Source: Chloroflexota bacterium (GTDB lineage: Bacteria > Chloroflexota > UBA11872 > VXNJ01). Taken from it: a stretch of 64,000 nt of DNA. Below, piece after piece: positions 1-9,563 of the stretch. Positions within the stretch are counted from its first letter, which is position 1. Each line of letters opens with the position of its first letter. A program made the translations under genes and the position numbers. The notes under the pieces were generated by a model, which made no database searches, was not told the DNA's origin, and worked only from the letters and a program-made list of their open reading frames with translations. Location: NCBI GenBank assembly GCA_965261345.1, contig OZ253449.1, positions 1,952,001 to 2,016,000 on the forward strand, written 5' to 3'.

Positions 1-1002
1 AGGTGTGATTCCCAGCATCTCCAGTATCGTGGGAGCAAAATCGGCCGGTTGGGTCAGGGCTTGAAAACGCTCTCCCGCGCCGATCCCGTGCGGATGGCGG
101 ATCATGAGAAATTGGTGCGAGACCTCTTCGTAGAGCGGCCCCGACTTAGATTGTTGGTCGTGTTCGCCAAAGTAATGGCCGTGGTCGGACATGATCACCA
201 CAATCGTGTTGTCGCGCAGTCCCAGGTTGTCGATCTTGGTTAGTACCCGTCCGATGTGGGTGTCGCACATCGTGCATTCGGCGGCAAACAGCTTGCCGAC
301 ATGCTCCTGCTCGGCCGGTGTGAGCATCTCCGACGACCGGCCATAGGCTGGCCAGACCACCTCGACCCCGTCGTAGTCGGGGGCATACATGTCGCGGTAG
401 TGTTGGGGCGGATCCCAGGGTTCGTGCGGGTCGAACGAGTCGACCCAAAGGAAGAATTGCTCGTGACCATGATTGCGCTCCAACCAGTTGCAGGCCGCAT
501 CCATGACCATCGGGGCAAAGTACTGATCCTCGCTGAAGAGGTCATGGGTCTGGCGGTAAAACTGGGCCATTCCGGCGCGGGCGCGATGCTTGTCCATGTT
601 GCCCAGGTTCCATTCCCTGAACCAGTCAGTGCGAAAACGGTCGACCTCATTGCCGCGAATCATCTGCCAGGCGTGGAAGGGCCGGTCAAAACCGAATCCG
701 TAGTTGATCATGTGCGGGGTGTCGTTGATCAACATGGTCACGTAACCCTCTTCGCGCAGCACCTCGGGCAGGGTGAGACAGTCCCACTGCAACGGACGCC
801 ACCAGTGCAACGGTTCGCCGTAGCGTCCCTTGAGCAGGTCGTGGCGACAGGGGATGGTGGCAAAGGAACCAATGTAGGAGCGATCGAATACCGCCGATTC
901 GGCGGCGAATTGGTCCAGCACCGGGGTGTTGATCCAATCGTTTCCATTGGCCCTGACATGGTCATAGCGCCATGTGTCGTTCATGATGAATACAACGTTC
1001 AT
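1..1002 (-). CDS. Sulfatase-like hydrolase (alkaline phosphatase superfamily), runs off the window start
   Basis: Not in the ORF track. Manual minus-strand translation from ATG at 1002 gives MNVVFIMNDTWRYDH...TIPCRHDLL...DSFDPHEPWDPP...MSDHGH, open to position 1. Confidence 0.9.
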   Translation of the reverse strand, partial: MNVVFIMNDTWRYDHVRANGNDWINTPVLDQFAAESAVFDRSYIGSFATIPCRHDLLKGRYGEPLHWWRPLQWDCLTLPEVLREEGYVTMLINDTPHMINYGFGFDRPFHAWQMIRGNEVDRFRTDWFREWNLGNMDKHRARAGMAQFYRQTHDLFSEDQYFAPMVMDAACNWLERNHGHEQFFLWVDSFDPHEPWDPPQHYRDMYAPDYDGVEVVWPAYGRSSEMLTPAEQEHVGKLFAAECTMCDTHIGRVLTKIDNLGLRDNTIVVIMSDHGHYFGEHDQQSKSGPLYEEVSHQFLMIRHPHGIGAGERFQALTQPADFAPTILEMLGITP

Positions 1003-1039
1003 GCTGCCTGCTCCCAATAACCTGGTAAGACTTTTCCGT

Positions 1040-2050
1040 TCACAGTGTTGTAACTATCTTGCCGATATGACCTTGGTTTTTCATCGATTCAAACGCATCA
1101 GGCAGTTGGTCGAAGCCAAACCTTTCGCCGATGTAGGGCTCAAAGCCGGTCTCGTCGATGAATCTGTTCATGCGTTCAAACTCGGTCCGAGATGCAACAT
1201 AGATTCCGCGGACATTGAGACGCCGAGCCAGGATTCGCCGGGTCTCGATCTCGCCCGAGGGTCCGGTCAGCACTCCGAATAACGCGATCGTCCCGGCCGC
1301 CCGCAGGCACTGCAGGGATTGATTTAAGGTCCCACCACCACCGGCCTCAAGCACCAGGTCGACCCCCTGCCCACCGGTTATTTCCAAAACCCGGTTGTGC
1401 CAATCGGGATCGGCCAGGTAGTTGACTCCGTGATCGATGCCCAGCCGCTTGACCGTATCCAACTTGCCTTCGGCCTTGCTGGTAATGATCGTGGTGGCGC
1501 CCATTGCGGCGGCCAACTGTAGGCCCAGCACCGAGACTCCACCGGTCCCCAGGGCCAGCACAAATGACTCCGGACCAAGCCGGTCACCGGCATGCAGGGA
1601 CGCCCAGGCCGTCAGCGCCGCGATCGGCAGGGTTGCCGCCTGGGCGTGGGTTAGGGCCTTCGGTTTGGCGACCAACGCGGTCTCGGGCAGAACGACCTCA
1701 TTGGCGGCAACGCCCGGCCCCGGTGTACCCAGGGTGGTGGCCAGGTAAGCGTCCTGGAAGCGCCCGTCCTGCCAGTCGACGACGTAGTGCGAAACAACCC
1801 CATCACCGACCGCGAATTGGGTTACTTCAGACCCTATTTCGACAACCTCGCCCGAACAGTCCGAAAGCGGCGTCGCCGGCAGGACGAGGCTGCGGTTGTA
1901 CCACCCCTCGAGCGATAGCAGGTCGCGGTAGTTGAGGCTCTGCGCCTTGACCGCGACCCGCACCTGGCGGGATCCAAGCGGGCTGGCCGGAATCGGTTTG
2001 AGCGCGAGGGCTGAAACCGCGTAGTCGTCAAATTCCCAGCGTTGTTGCAT
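1040..2050 (-). CDS. NAD(P)-dependent medium-chain dehydrogenase/quinone oxidoreductase (MDR family)
   Basis: SLNYRDL, PLSDCSGEV, LPIAALTAW, GTGGVS and GKIV motifs. Confidence 0.88.
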   Translation of the reverse strand: MQQRWEFDDYAVSALALKPIPASPLGSRQVRVAVKAQSLNYRDLLSLEGWYNRSLVLPATPLSDCSGEVVEIGSEVTQFAVGDGVVSHYVVDWQDGRFQDAYLATTLGTPGPGVAANEVVLPETALVAKPKALTHAQAATLPIAALTAWASLHAGDRLGPESFVLALGTGGVSVLGLQLAAAMGATTIITSKAEGKLDTVKRLGIDHGVNYLADPDWHNRVLEITGGQGVDLVLEAGGGGTLNQSLQCLRAAGTIALFGVLTGPSGEIETRRILARRLNVRGIYVASRTEFERMNRFIDETGFEPYIGERFGFDQLPDAFESMKNQGHIGKIVTTL

Positions 2051-2273
2051 CAAATCCCTCTCGGTTCGGTAATGTCGACCGCGCGGTCCTGCCCGGACGA
2101 TCGTTGTTGCGGTGGGTAGTGCCTGGGGCGATTTCGCACCCGTAAGTCCCTACCAATATTTTTCTCTTAAGCGTCGCATTAGCAAGCGGACCGGACCGGC
2201 ATAGCGGGCAAGGCTGCTGGAGGGTTTCTTGGACTTTCAAACCAGCGCTGCGCGCAGCCTGGTCTGGCCCGGT

Positions 2274-3380
2274 TCAATTGCCCGGACCGGCCCGGCGAGC
2301 GAGGGCGGCGAAATAATCGGGAAGATTTATCGATTCGCGCAGTGGCAGGGCCACCTTGCACCCGGTCGCGGCCGAGCAATAGGCGGCTTCGACGACCTCG
2401 ATCGCCGCGACTCCGATCGCGGCATCGGTCTCGGTGTCAGCCAATCCGCGGACGCATTCGGCAAAGTGGGCCAGCTCGCGCGAGTAGCGCCCGTTGCGGG
2501 CAATCTCGGCCCGAAGGTTAGGGATGTTCTTCGGCGTTAGATCGCGAGTAATTCCGCCCGGCTGGCGGAGCGTTAGCGTAAACGGGTCGGCCGACATGTA
2601 GCTGGCCATTCCGGCGTACTGGATCTGCAGGCTGGCGCGGGTTCCGATCAATTCGTAGCGTTCAAGCATCGGACCCTGCCTGACTCGCGAAATGTTGTGG
2701 GTTGAAAATGTCCCCCCGGCGTGCGCGAGGATCGCGACGGCCGAATCCTCGTTGCAGCGATCAGCAAAAGCTATCCGCATCTCGGCCGAGACCTGGGTCA
2801 CATCGCCGAGCCACCAGCGACACAAATCGATGGTGTGCGAGCCGTGATCCTGAAACGTACCGCCCCAGGCATCGGGATGGGCCCGCGAACCATCGGCGGG
2901 CAGCGGCGAGCAGTGCGACCAATCGCAGCGGACTTCAATCATCTGCCCCAGAGCCCCGGCCTCCACCAGTTCCTTGGCGCGCTTGAAGGCCCGGTCGAAG
3001 CGCTTCATGAATCCGACCATCAGGACCCGCCGGGCGGCGCGCGCGGCCCGCTCGATCGTCCGGCACTCCCCGACGGTGCGGGCCATCGGCTTCTCGACCA
3101 GGATGTGCCTACCCGTGCTCAGGGCGGCGACTGACTGGGCCTGGTGAAATTGAACCGGGGAAGCCACGATCACCGCCTCGCTGGCCCCGGCCCAAACTTG
3201 CTCTAGCGACGCCGCCACCCGACCCTGCCCGACGGCCGCCACCAGGGCCTCGGAATTGGCCCGATTGGGATCGTAGACCGCATCCAGCACAAACCTTGGG
3301 TTGTCGGCCAGCGCCGGTGGGTACATGACCATCGCACCGGCGCGGCCGGCGCCCAAAATCGCCAGCCGAACGGGCTTCAT
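2274..3380 (-). CDS. Gfo/Idh/MocA family oxidoreductase
   Basis: GAGRAG Rossmann motif, EKP, GFMKRF, DHGSH. Confidence 0.9.
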   Translation of the reverse strand: MKPVRLAILGAGRAGAMVMYPPALADNPRFVLDAVYDPNRANSEALVAAVGQGRVAASLEQVWAGASEAVIVASPVQFHQAQSVAALSTGRHILVEKPMARTVGECRTIERAARAARRVLMVGFMKRFDRAFKRAKELVEAGALGQMIEVRCDWSHCSPLPADGSRAHPDAWGGTFQDHGSHTIDLCRWWLGDVTQVSAEMRIAFADRCNEDSAVAILAHAGGTFSTHNISRVRQGPMLERYELIGTRASLQIQYAGMASYMSADPFTLTLRQPGGITRDLTPKNIPNLRAEIARNGRYSRELAHFAECVRGLADTETDAAIGVAAIEVVEAAYCSAATGCKVALPLRESINLPDYFAALARRAGPGN

Positions 3381-3383
3381 CGG

Positions 3384-4799
3384 CTAACGGTGAGGTGGGC
3401 GGCGGTAGGTGCTCATTTCGTAAAAACCCTGAATGCCCAGATTCTTGCCCTGGCTTTCCAGACCGTGTCGACGTCCCAGCGCCGATCGCCCTCCCGGCTG
3501 CAGGTACATCTGGCCGAAGTTGGCAGTCAGCTCCTTCGCCAGCTCGTCATTGCCTTCGCGCAGGTTGCTTTGTTCGCGTGGGTCGGCGATGAGATCGTAG
3601 AGCTCGTCGGGCTCGCCCTCGGGGCGGAGGATCAAACTCCAGCGGTCGTTGCGAATTACCCGGTCGATCCCCTCGTGGTAGCCGGTGATGATCACATCAC
3701 GATGTTGGTCGGACTGGCCGCTAAGGATTGGGGCGAAGCTCCGTCCACCCATGTCGTGGGTGCAATTTCCCAATCCGGCAACTTCCAGGAGCGTTGGCAG
3801 CACATCGTGGTACTGGCAGATCGCCGAGGTGCGGCGGGCACCGCGGCCGCCGGGCAGGTGCACCATAAACGGGACCCTAAGCAGCTCGTTGTAGAGGCGG
3901 TCGGCACCCTTTAGGAATTTGCCGTGGTCGGCCAGCGGGTGGCCGTGGTCGCCCATCAGGACGATGACCGAATCATCGTAGTAGCCAAGGTTTTTCAACT
4001 GCTCAAGTACCCTGCCGACCGCCGCATCCACCGAAGCGGCTTCTCCGGCGTAAAGAGCGCGAATATTGTCGATCTCAGCGTCCGAATACCAATCGCTGGC
4101 CATCCCGCCCAGCGGCATCACGTAGCGCGGACCGGAATAATCGGGATCGCCGTAGACGTCGAATTCGGCCGGCGGATCCCAGGGTTCATGCGGGTCGAAA
4201 CTGTCCATGAACAGGAATACCTTGTCCTGGCCACGATTGCGGGCAAGCCAATCGCAGGCCTTGTCGGCCACCTTGAACGCGAACCAATCGGAGCTGTCGG
4301 CAAATTCTTCGGTGTTGACCACGAATTGGGCCACGTTGGCCATCCAAATATCGTCGTAGTGCTGGTTGGTGAATTTCTTCAGGTCGCTCTTGGGAGGTTC
4401 CGATCGCCAAGGGTCGTATTCCTGGCCACGCACCCATTGGTAGGAGTGGAACCCGGCGTGAAAATTCTGGTCGGCGGCGCGGTAATGATATACATCGGCC
4501 ACCAATCCCGAGGTGTAGCCTTCCAGGGCCAGGATCGAGGCCACCGACAAATCCTCATCGGCCAACGGCTGCCAGGCCCGGCCGACAAGGGTGCGGTTGC
4601 CGGTAAATAGCGCGGTGCGGGCCGGAATGGTGGGCAGCGCTTCGGCGTACATCGAATCAAATACCACTGATTCGGCGGCGAAGGCGTCCATGTTGGGGGT
4701 CCGGCAGGCGGGGATGTTGGGGAACGGACCCTCGCCCTGGTGGTAGAAGCCGAAATGGTCCTGGCGGTAGCTGTCCATCATTAGGACGATGATGTTCAT
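3384..4799 (-). CDS. Sulfatase-like hydrolase
   Basis: MNIIVLMMDSYR start preceded by AGGA; TIPARTALFTG, DSFDPHEPWDPP, GDHGH. Confidence 0.9.
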   Translation of the reverse strand: MNIIVLMMDSYRQDHFGFYHQGEGPFPNIPACRTPNMDAFAAESVVFDSMYAEALPTIPARTALFTGNRTLVGRAWQPLADEDLSVASILALEGYTSGLVADVYHYRAADQNFHAGFHSYQWVRGQEYDPWRSEPPKSDLKKFTNQHYDDIWMANVAQFVVNTEEFADSSDWFAFKVADKACDWLARNRGQDKVFLFMDSFDPHEPWDPPAEFDVYGDPDYSGPRYVMPLGGMASDWYSDAEIDNIRALYAGEAASVDAAVGRVLEQLKNLGYYDDSVIVLMGDHGHPLADHGKFLKGADRLYNELLRVPFMVHLPGGRGARRTSAICQYHDVLPTLLEVAGLGNCTHDMGGRSFAPILSGQSDQHRDVIITGYHEGIDRVIRNDRWSLILRPEGEPDELYDLIADPREQSNLREGNDELAKELTANFGQMYLQPGGRSALGRRHGLESQGKNLGIQGFYEMSTYRRPPHR

Positions 4800-4911
4800 C
4801 GGAACAATTGTTTCCTGCTGCGGTGGATGAAGTTGGCTGGGCCGTCCGGGCGGAGATCTCCGGCCGGCCAACTCCATTTTCAATTAACGATCGCCTCCCG
4901 CAGCGGTCGTT

Positions 4912-6900
4912 TTATTCCACGCTCAACTCAATTACGGTTACCGAGTGGGGCGGGAACTGGTGCTCGAAGGAATTGCCGACCGGCGTCAGGTCAACGCTGC
5001 GCTCGCTGGAGTAAACCTCGGCCGGTGCGCCGAACTCATTGCGGGCCAACGGGCCGCTGCCGCCGAGCTCGAACACCTGAGCCGATCGGGCGATTGACCC
5101 GACACCGGCGACTTCTACATTGGCGATGATTGGCAGGCTCGGATGGCGGTTTATCGCCTCCAGCCAGATGCTCTGGCCTCCCGTGCTGGCGGTGGCTGCA
5201 ACCCGTAACCAGGGTGCGTGGGCAAGCGGCGGCTCCGTCGCCAGGCCATCATGACTGAAGCTGGGTACCTGGCAGGTTGCCGCAACCGCGCGCGGGCCGC
5301 GGTGGTTGGCCAACAGCGCAAAAGCCAGGTAGCAGGGTGATTCCAGGATCGCATCGGCCTCCGCGTCGATCAGGCCGAGACGGTTTACGAAGGCGAATTG
5401 GGCGCCGATTCGCACCCGCTGGCAGCGTTCCTGCATGGCCATGATTATTCCGGCGATGCAGAGCCCGTCGCGCAACCGGTAGCGTTCCTTCCACGGCGAA
5501 CTGAGCCGCAGGTCCTCGCGCACGCCGTATTCGTCGTAGGAAATCTGAGCCGGCTTGGCCCCGGACCAGTGGGCATCGATAACCGCTATCGAGTCGTCGA
5601 GCATGCTGGCCACCGAGTCGGCCCCGCCGACGATTGCCAAGTATTTGTCCTCGGGATCGGGCTCGCTGGCTAGGATCATTGGGTTTAGCGCGTAGGCGTG
5701 AATGGCGATGGCGTCGACCTCTGCTCCGACCGCGCGGGCGACCCGCTCGTTCCAGCGCCCCAGGGTATTGCGGACGTGCCCAACCGCGGTGAGGTGGATG
5801 GAGGGGTCTGCCGTTCGCATGGCACGGGCAAATTCAATGCAGCGCCGGGCGTAGGTTTCGGCGTCAACGTGGCCGACCTGGAAATTGCCCCACAGCTCGT
5901 TCCCGATTGACCAATGGCGCACCCGGTAGGGTTCGTAATGGCCGTTGGCGGCCCGCAGCGCCCCGTATTTCGAATCGGGATCGCCGTTACAGTACTCAAC
6001 CCAGGCTGCGGCCTCGCCTGGGGTTCCCGAACCGGCGTTTACGGTAACGAATGGGATGATGTCCCATTGCCGGCAGTGGGTTAGGAATTCGTCGGTTCCA
6101 AAATCATGTGGTTCCCATTCGCCCCAGGCGCGGTTGAAGGTGGTCGGCCGCCGATCGATTGGACCTACTCCGTGTTCCCAGTGGTAATCGGACGCAAAAT
6201 TGCCGCCGGGCCAGCGGACGTGGGTAATCCCGGCGGTTTTTAGGCGCTCGGCCGCGTCCTGGCGGACCCCGCCGGCCAGTTGGTGGTCGCGTCGCATCAG
6301 GGACACGGCGCCCAGCCACAGTTGGCCCTGCCCGGTGCCGCAGACATTTAGGTCAAAGCAGCCCGAGGCCTTTGGGACCAGCGCGAATTCGAAGGTCTGC
6401 CACCTGTCTTGCAGATCGTTGCCGGCGACCTGGACGCTCGCACAGTCGCGGCCCAGACTGAATCGAACTTCCCGGATCCGCCCACTCCCACGCAGCACCG
6501 CCCGCAGGTGGTACGGCACACCGCCGGTTAGGCAGATCTGGTTTTGGGCAACCCCGTGCCAGTGCCCGTCATCGATTAGTAGATCGATGCGTTGCGATTG
6601 TTGGCCGGAGTAAAAGACGGTATTGTCGTGCGCAAATTCGACCGCTGCCCCCGCCCCGTAGGGATCCCACTGGGCGGCCACCCCAAAATCTTGTCGATCG
6701 ACAAATTCACGCCGCCAGGATTCCGGCTCTCCGCGTCCGCCGCGGGCATCGTCGTGCCCGGCGAATTTGCGGTTGCGGATCAGCTCGGCCCAGTAACCCC
6801 CGTAGACCATGCGCTCAAGGTGCTCGATGTTGACACCGTAAACCATTTCGTCGATCCGCCCGAGTTCGTTTTCGGGATCAATCCGAATCTTCGCGCGCAT
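4912..6900 (-). CDS. Alpha-L-arabinofuranosidase-like glycoside hydrolase, GH51
   Basis: RWPGGNF, FGTDEF, WVEYCNG, IGNE (acid/base), YDEY (nucleophile), C-terminal PPHSVTV. Confidence 0.88.
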   Translation of the reverse strand: MRAKIRIDPENELGRIDEMVYGVNIEHLERMVYGGYWAELIRNRKFAGHDDARGGRGEPESWRREFVDRQDFGVAAQWDPYGAGAAVEFAHDNTVFYSGQQSQRIDLLIDDGHWHGVAQNQICLTGGVPYHLRAVLRGSGRIREVRFSLGRDCASVQVAGNDLQDRWQTFEFALVPKASGCFDLNVCGTGQGQLWLGAVSLMRRDHQLAGGVRQDAAERLKTAGITHVRWPGGNFASDYHWEHGVGPIDRRPTTFNRAWGEWEPHDFGTDEFLTHCRQWDIIPFVTVNAGSGTPGEAAAWVEYCNGDPDSKYGALRAANGHYEPYRVRHWSIGNELWGNFQVGHVDAETYARRCIEFARAMRTADPSIHLTAVGHVRNTLGRWNERVARAVGAEVDAIAIHAYALNPMILASEPDPEDKYLAIVGGADSVASMLDDSIAVIDAHWSGAKPAQISYDEYGVREDLRLSSPWKERYRLRDGLCIAGIIMAMQERCQRVRIGAQFAFVNRLGLIDAEADAILESPCYLAFALLANHRGPRAVAATCQVPSFSHDGLATEPPLAHAPWLRVAATASTGGQSIWLEAINRHPSLPIIANVEVAGVGSIARSAQVFELGGSGPLARNEFGAPAEVYSSERSVDLTPVGNSFEHQFPPHSVTVIELSVE

Positions 6901-6991
6901 CGAATCCTCACTTCAGCCGGAACCGCACCGAAGTTTAAGTAGAACCCGATTTAAACCACAAAGTCGGCCGGCGGCCGAAATGGAGAATGCC

Positions 6992-7024
6992 AAAAAAACC
7001 CGGTGGCATCAATAGCCATCGGGT
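6992..7024 (-). terminator. Intrinsic terminator downstream of the Hsp20 gene
   Basis: Minus strand reads ACCCGATGGC-TATTGAT-GCCACCGGG followed by 7 T; a second GC hairpin lies at about 7048-7069. Confidence 0.7.
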
Positions 7025-7078
7025 ATTGGCGCGCCCGACTATCGGATGGGGGCGCGGTAAGGCGCCCCCGGTTGTCAG

Positions 7079-7534
7079 TTAGCGCATGACCTCGATCCGC
7101 CGTGGCTTGTGATCGTGGGCCAGCGGAATTGTTATCGTCAACTCCCCGTTGGCGTACCGGCTGGAGGCATCCTCGCCGTTCACGCCGCGCGGGAGGCGGA
7201 TCGAGCGCTCGAAACTGGCCACTCGCCGCTCACGCACAACGTAGCCATCGTTGGGTTCTTGGCCGGAGTCTTCGCCTTTGCGGGAGCCGGCTATGGTTAG
7301 CAGGCCGCGATCGATCGAAACTTCGATCTGCTCAGGGTCGACTCCGGGCACGGAAGCGATAACGGTAATCGCGTCATCGGAGCGGATCATGTCGATCGGC
7401 ACCAAATTGTCCGGCATCCAGTCACGCCCAAAATCGAGCAAATCGGTAAAAAACGGGCGACCCCAGGGAAGCGTAAGGTCCTCGCCGGGTCGGGCCAGGC
7501 GGCCCCTCGCCGGCTGTCTGAGTAGTTGCAGCAT
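7079..7534 (-). CDS. Hsp20/alpha-crystallin small heat shock protein
   Basis: VPGVDPEQIEVS, ERRVASFERSIRLP, YANGELTITIP, C-terminal IEV motif. Confidence 0.93.
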   Translation of the reverse strand: MLQLLRQPARGRLARPGEDLTLPWGRPFFTDLLDFGRDWMPDNLVPIDMIRSDDAITVIASVPGVDPEQIEVSIDRGLLTIAGSRKGEDSGQEPNDGYVVRERRVASFERSIRLPRGVNGEDASSRYANGELTITIPLAHDHKPRRIEVMR

Positions 7535-7593
7535 TGCATTTCTCCATTAATAAAATCTGCTAGTTAGCATCGTCGCTAACCTCTCTTACTCTA

Positions 7594-7623
7594 ATCATAC
7601 TATATGAGTGTGATACTGTCAAG
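7594..7623 (-). promoter_or_regulatory. Sigma70-type promoter of hsp20 with an overlapping HAIR-like (HspR) operator
   Basis: Minus strand TTGACA(7622-7617)-17 nt-TATGAT(7599-7594). CTTGACA-N7-ACTCATA resembles the HAIR consensus CTTGAGT-N7-ACTCAAG. Confidence 0.75.
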
Positions 7624-7722
7624 TTAGCGTATAGTCCTGCGATCGTGCCGACTTCCCGTGTCCCTCCTTTTTGGGCTCTAAATTGTGGGCACAGGGTGGT
7701 TCGGCCTATTTCCAAACCTGCG

Positions 7723-8895
7723 CTAGAGGATCGGACCGACTAGTTCAAAGGCGCCCGATTCCCACGAATTGAATATTGCCTGCGAAACCTCTGCCACCGC
7801 CAGCGCGTCACCGATGCTGGGGCTGCCCTCCTCGCCGGCCGCGGTTGCCTTTAGGAATTCAAAGGCCTCAATCGTCTTGGTGTCGTCGTAGCTCATCGAC
7901 AGCCCGTCGCCCGGAGTGAAATTTGCAAAGTAGGGCATCGTGACGCTGGCAAGCAGATTCACGTATCCGTCACGGGCGGGGTCGCCCTCGACATGTTCGA
8001 AAAATTCCAACTCGCCCATGCGGCCAAGGTACCACTTGAGCACGCCCTTGGTCCCGTGCAGCTCCCAGCTCAGGTTGATTTTTTCGCCCATGATGACCCG
8101 GCAGGATTCCATCGTCCCGAAAACCCCGTTGGAGAATTCGACCAGGGCGCCGACGTAGTCTTCGTTTTCAACTGCGGCCCGCGGTCCGCCCTTGCGAATC
8201 GAAAAATGCGTTCCCTCGCCCGGGATGGGTTCGGGGCGATCGGCAATGAAGGTGTTTTTCTGGGCAACAACCCGCTTGATCGGTCCGGCCAGGAAGTGAG
8301 CCTGGTCGACCACGTGCGAAAGCATGTCGGCGACCACCCCGGCCCCGGCCTGCGCCCGCAGGAAACGCCAGGACAGCATCGTATCGGGATTGCCCGCGTA
8401 ACCCTCCAGGAACCGTCCGCGGAAGTGGGTCAGGGTCCCCAATCGCCCGGCGTCGACTATTTGTTTGGCGTACTGGACCACCGGGCACATGCGGTAGTTG
8501 AAACCGATGTGCGACGTAACCCCGGCGGCGCGGATCGCGTCGGCGATGGCCTTGGTATCGGCCGGTTCGCGCCCGCAGGGTTTTTCCAGCCAGATACTCT
8601 TGCCCGCTTTGGCAGCGGCTTCGGCGACCTCACGGTGGAGAAAATTCGGGGTCGTGATGCTGACCGCTTCCACCTCGGGATGCGAGAGGACCTTACGCCA
8701 GTCGGTGGTCCACTCCGAGAATCCGTGCCGGGCGGCCGACGCCCGGGCCCGACTCTCGAAGTTGTCGGCGCAGATTACGAGTTTGCCGAGCGCCGGGGCG
8801 TCGGGGAACCGGACCGGAACCTGGTTGTGCGACCGCGAATGCAGTTCGCCCATCCATCCCATACCAATGACACCGATTCCGATTTCGCGCTGCAT
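7723..8895 (-). CDS. Gfo/Idh/MocA oxidoreductase (inositol dehydrogenase-like)
   Basis: GMGWMG, TPNFLH, WLEKP, GFNYR, DMLSH; divergent from the IolE-like gene. Confidence 0.9.
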   Translation of the reverse strand: MQREIGIGVIGMGWMGELHSRSHNQVPVRFPDAPALGKLVICADNFESRARASAARHGFSEWTTDWRKVLSHPEVEAVSITTPNFLHREVAEAAAKAGKSIWLEKPCGREPADTKAIADAIRAAGVTSHIGFNYRMCPVVQYAKQIVDAGRLGTLTHFRGRFLEGYAGNPDTMLSWRFLRAQAGAGVVADMLSHVVDQAHFLAGPIKRVVAQKNTFIADRPEPIPGEGTHFSIRKGGPRAAVENEDYVGALVEFSNGVFGTMESCRVIMGEKINLSWELHGTKGVLKWYLGRMGELEFFEHVEGDPARDGYVNLLASVTMPYFANFTPGDGLSMSYDDTKTIEAFEFLKATAAGEEGSPSIGDALAVAEVSQAIFNSWESGAFELVGPIL

Positions 8896-9009
8896 GGTGC
8901 TGCCCCTTCAACGTGCTCTGTGAGAAAAAATCCGCCAATAGCTGTTTACTAGTTTCCTCGGCGACGCCGGCGAGACCGCCTATCTTCCGCCGCCCGCCCT
9001 CGCCGGTTT

Positions 9010-9563
9010 TCCATCAGCCTTGGCCAACCTTGCCAAACGATCGGACCGCCAGGATCTAAAAACCGCGTCCGAAACATGGGCCGCGGCCTGGTCGTCGTTG
9101 GTGTTGGGATTGCTCAGGACGCCGCTCGGCAATCGCCTGGCGGAATTCGAACGCCCCATATTCCCTGGATCCAAGATCGCCTCTGAGATCATTGCGACCG
9201 CGAGCGCAGCGTCGACATATGGAATGCTCAACCACCCTCGTTACATGTCCGCAGGGTAAATCCAGCCAGCGGGGATTGACGGCGCGGGCGGCAACGAGCG
9301 CCATTTTGATGTGGAAACAGTTGGGTGCCTTGATGCCAACAATGTCCACCCAGGGCGCGAAGGCCCCCACCGCCAGCCGGTGGCCCAATGCTCAATTCGG
9401 CATGCCGGGCGGAGATCGATCTGGGGCGGTCGGCAACGTCGTGTGCACAAACTACCCGCCTGGGCTCGAGGGAAGCGAATCGGAATCTGGCGGCGGGAGC
9501 GCGAAAGCGGGCTCCGACTATCCATTCGATATCGGATGCTCCGATTCAGATTTGGCGTTGCAC
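9010..9563 (-). pseudogene. Decayed paralog(s) of the adjacent Gfo/Idh/MocA gene
   Basis: Fragments across frames (VQRQI*IG, SRSRRQIPIRFP, WATGWR, VDIVGIKAPNCFH, WLDLPCG) match its N-terminus; ALAVAMISEAI and VSDAVFRSWRS both match its C-terminus. Confidence 0.8.

Noticed and set aside
256-1020. 254-aa plus-strand ORF
   Set aside because: Antisense shadow of the sulfatase-like gene on the minus strand (1-1002)
7563-7580. Canonical CIRCE element
   Set aside because: Only TTAGC/GCTAA match and the spacing is far too short
9010-9563. Template repeat of a diversity-generating retroelement
   Set aside because: No reverse transcriptase in the window; differences are not adenine-specific and include indels and N-terminal sequence, which fits pseudogene decay
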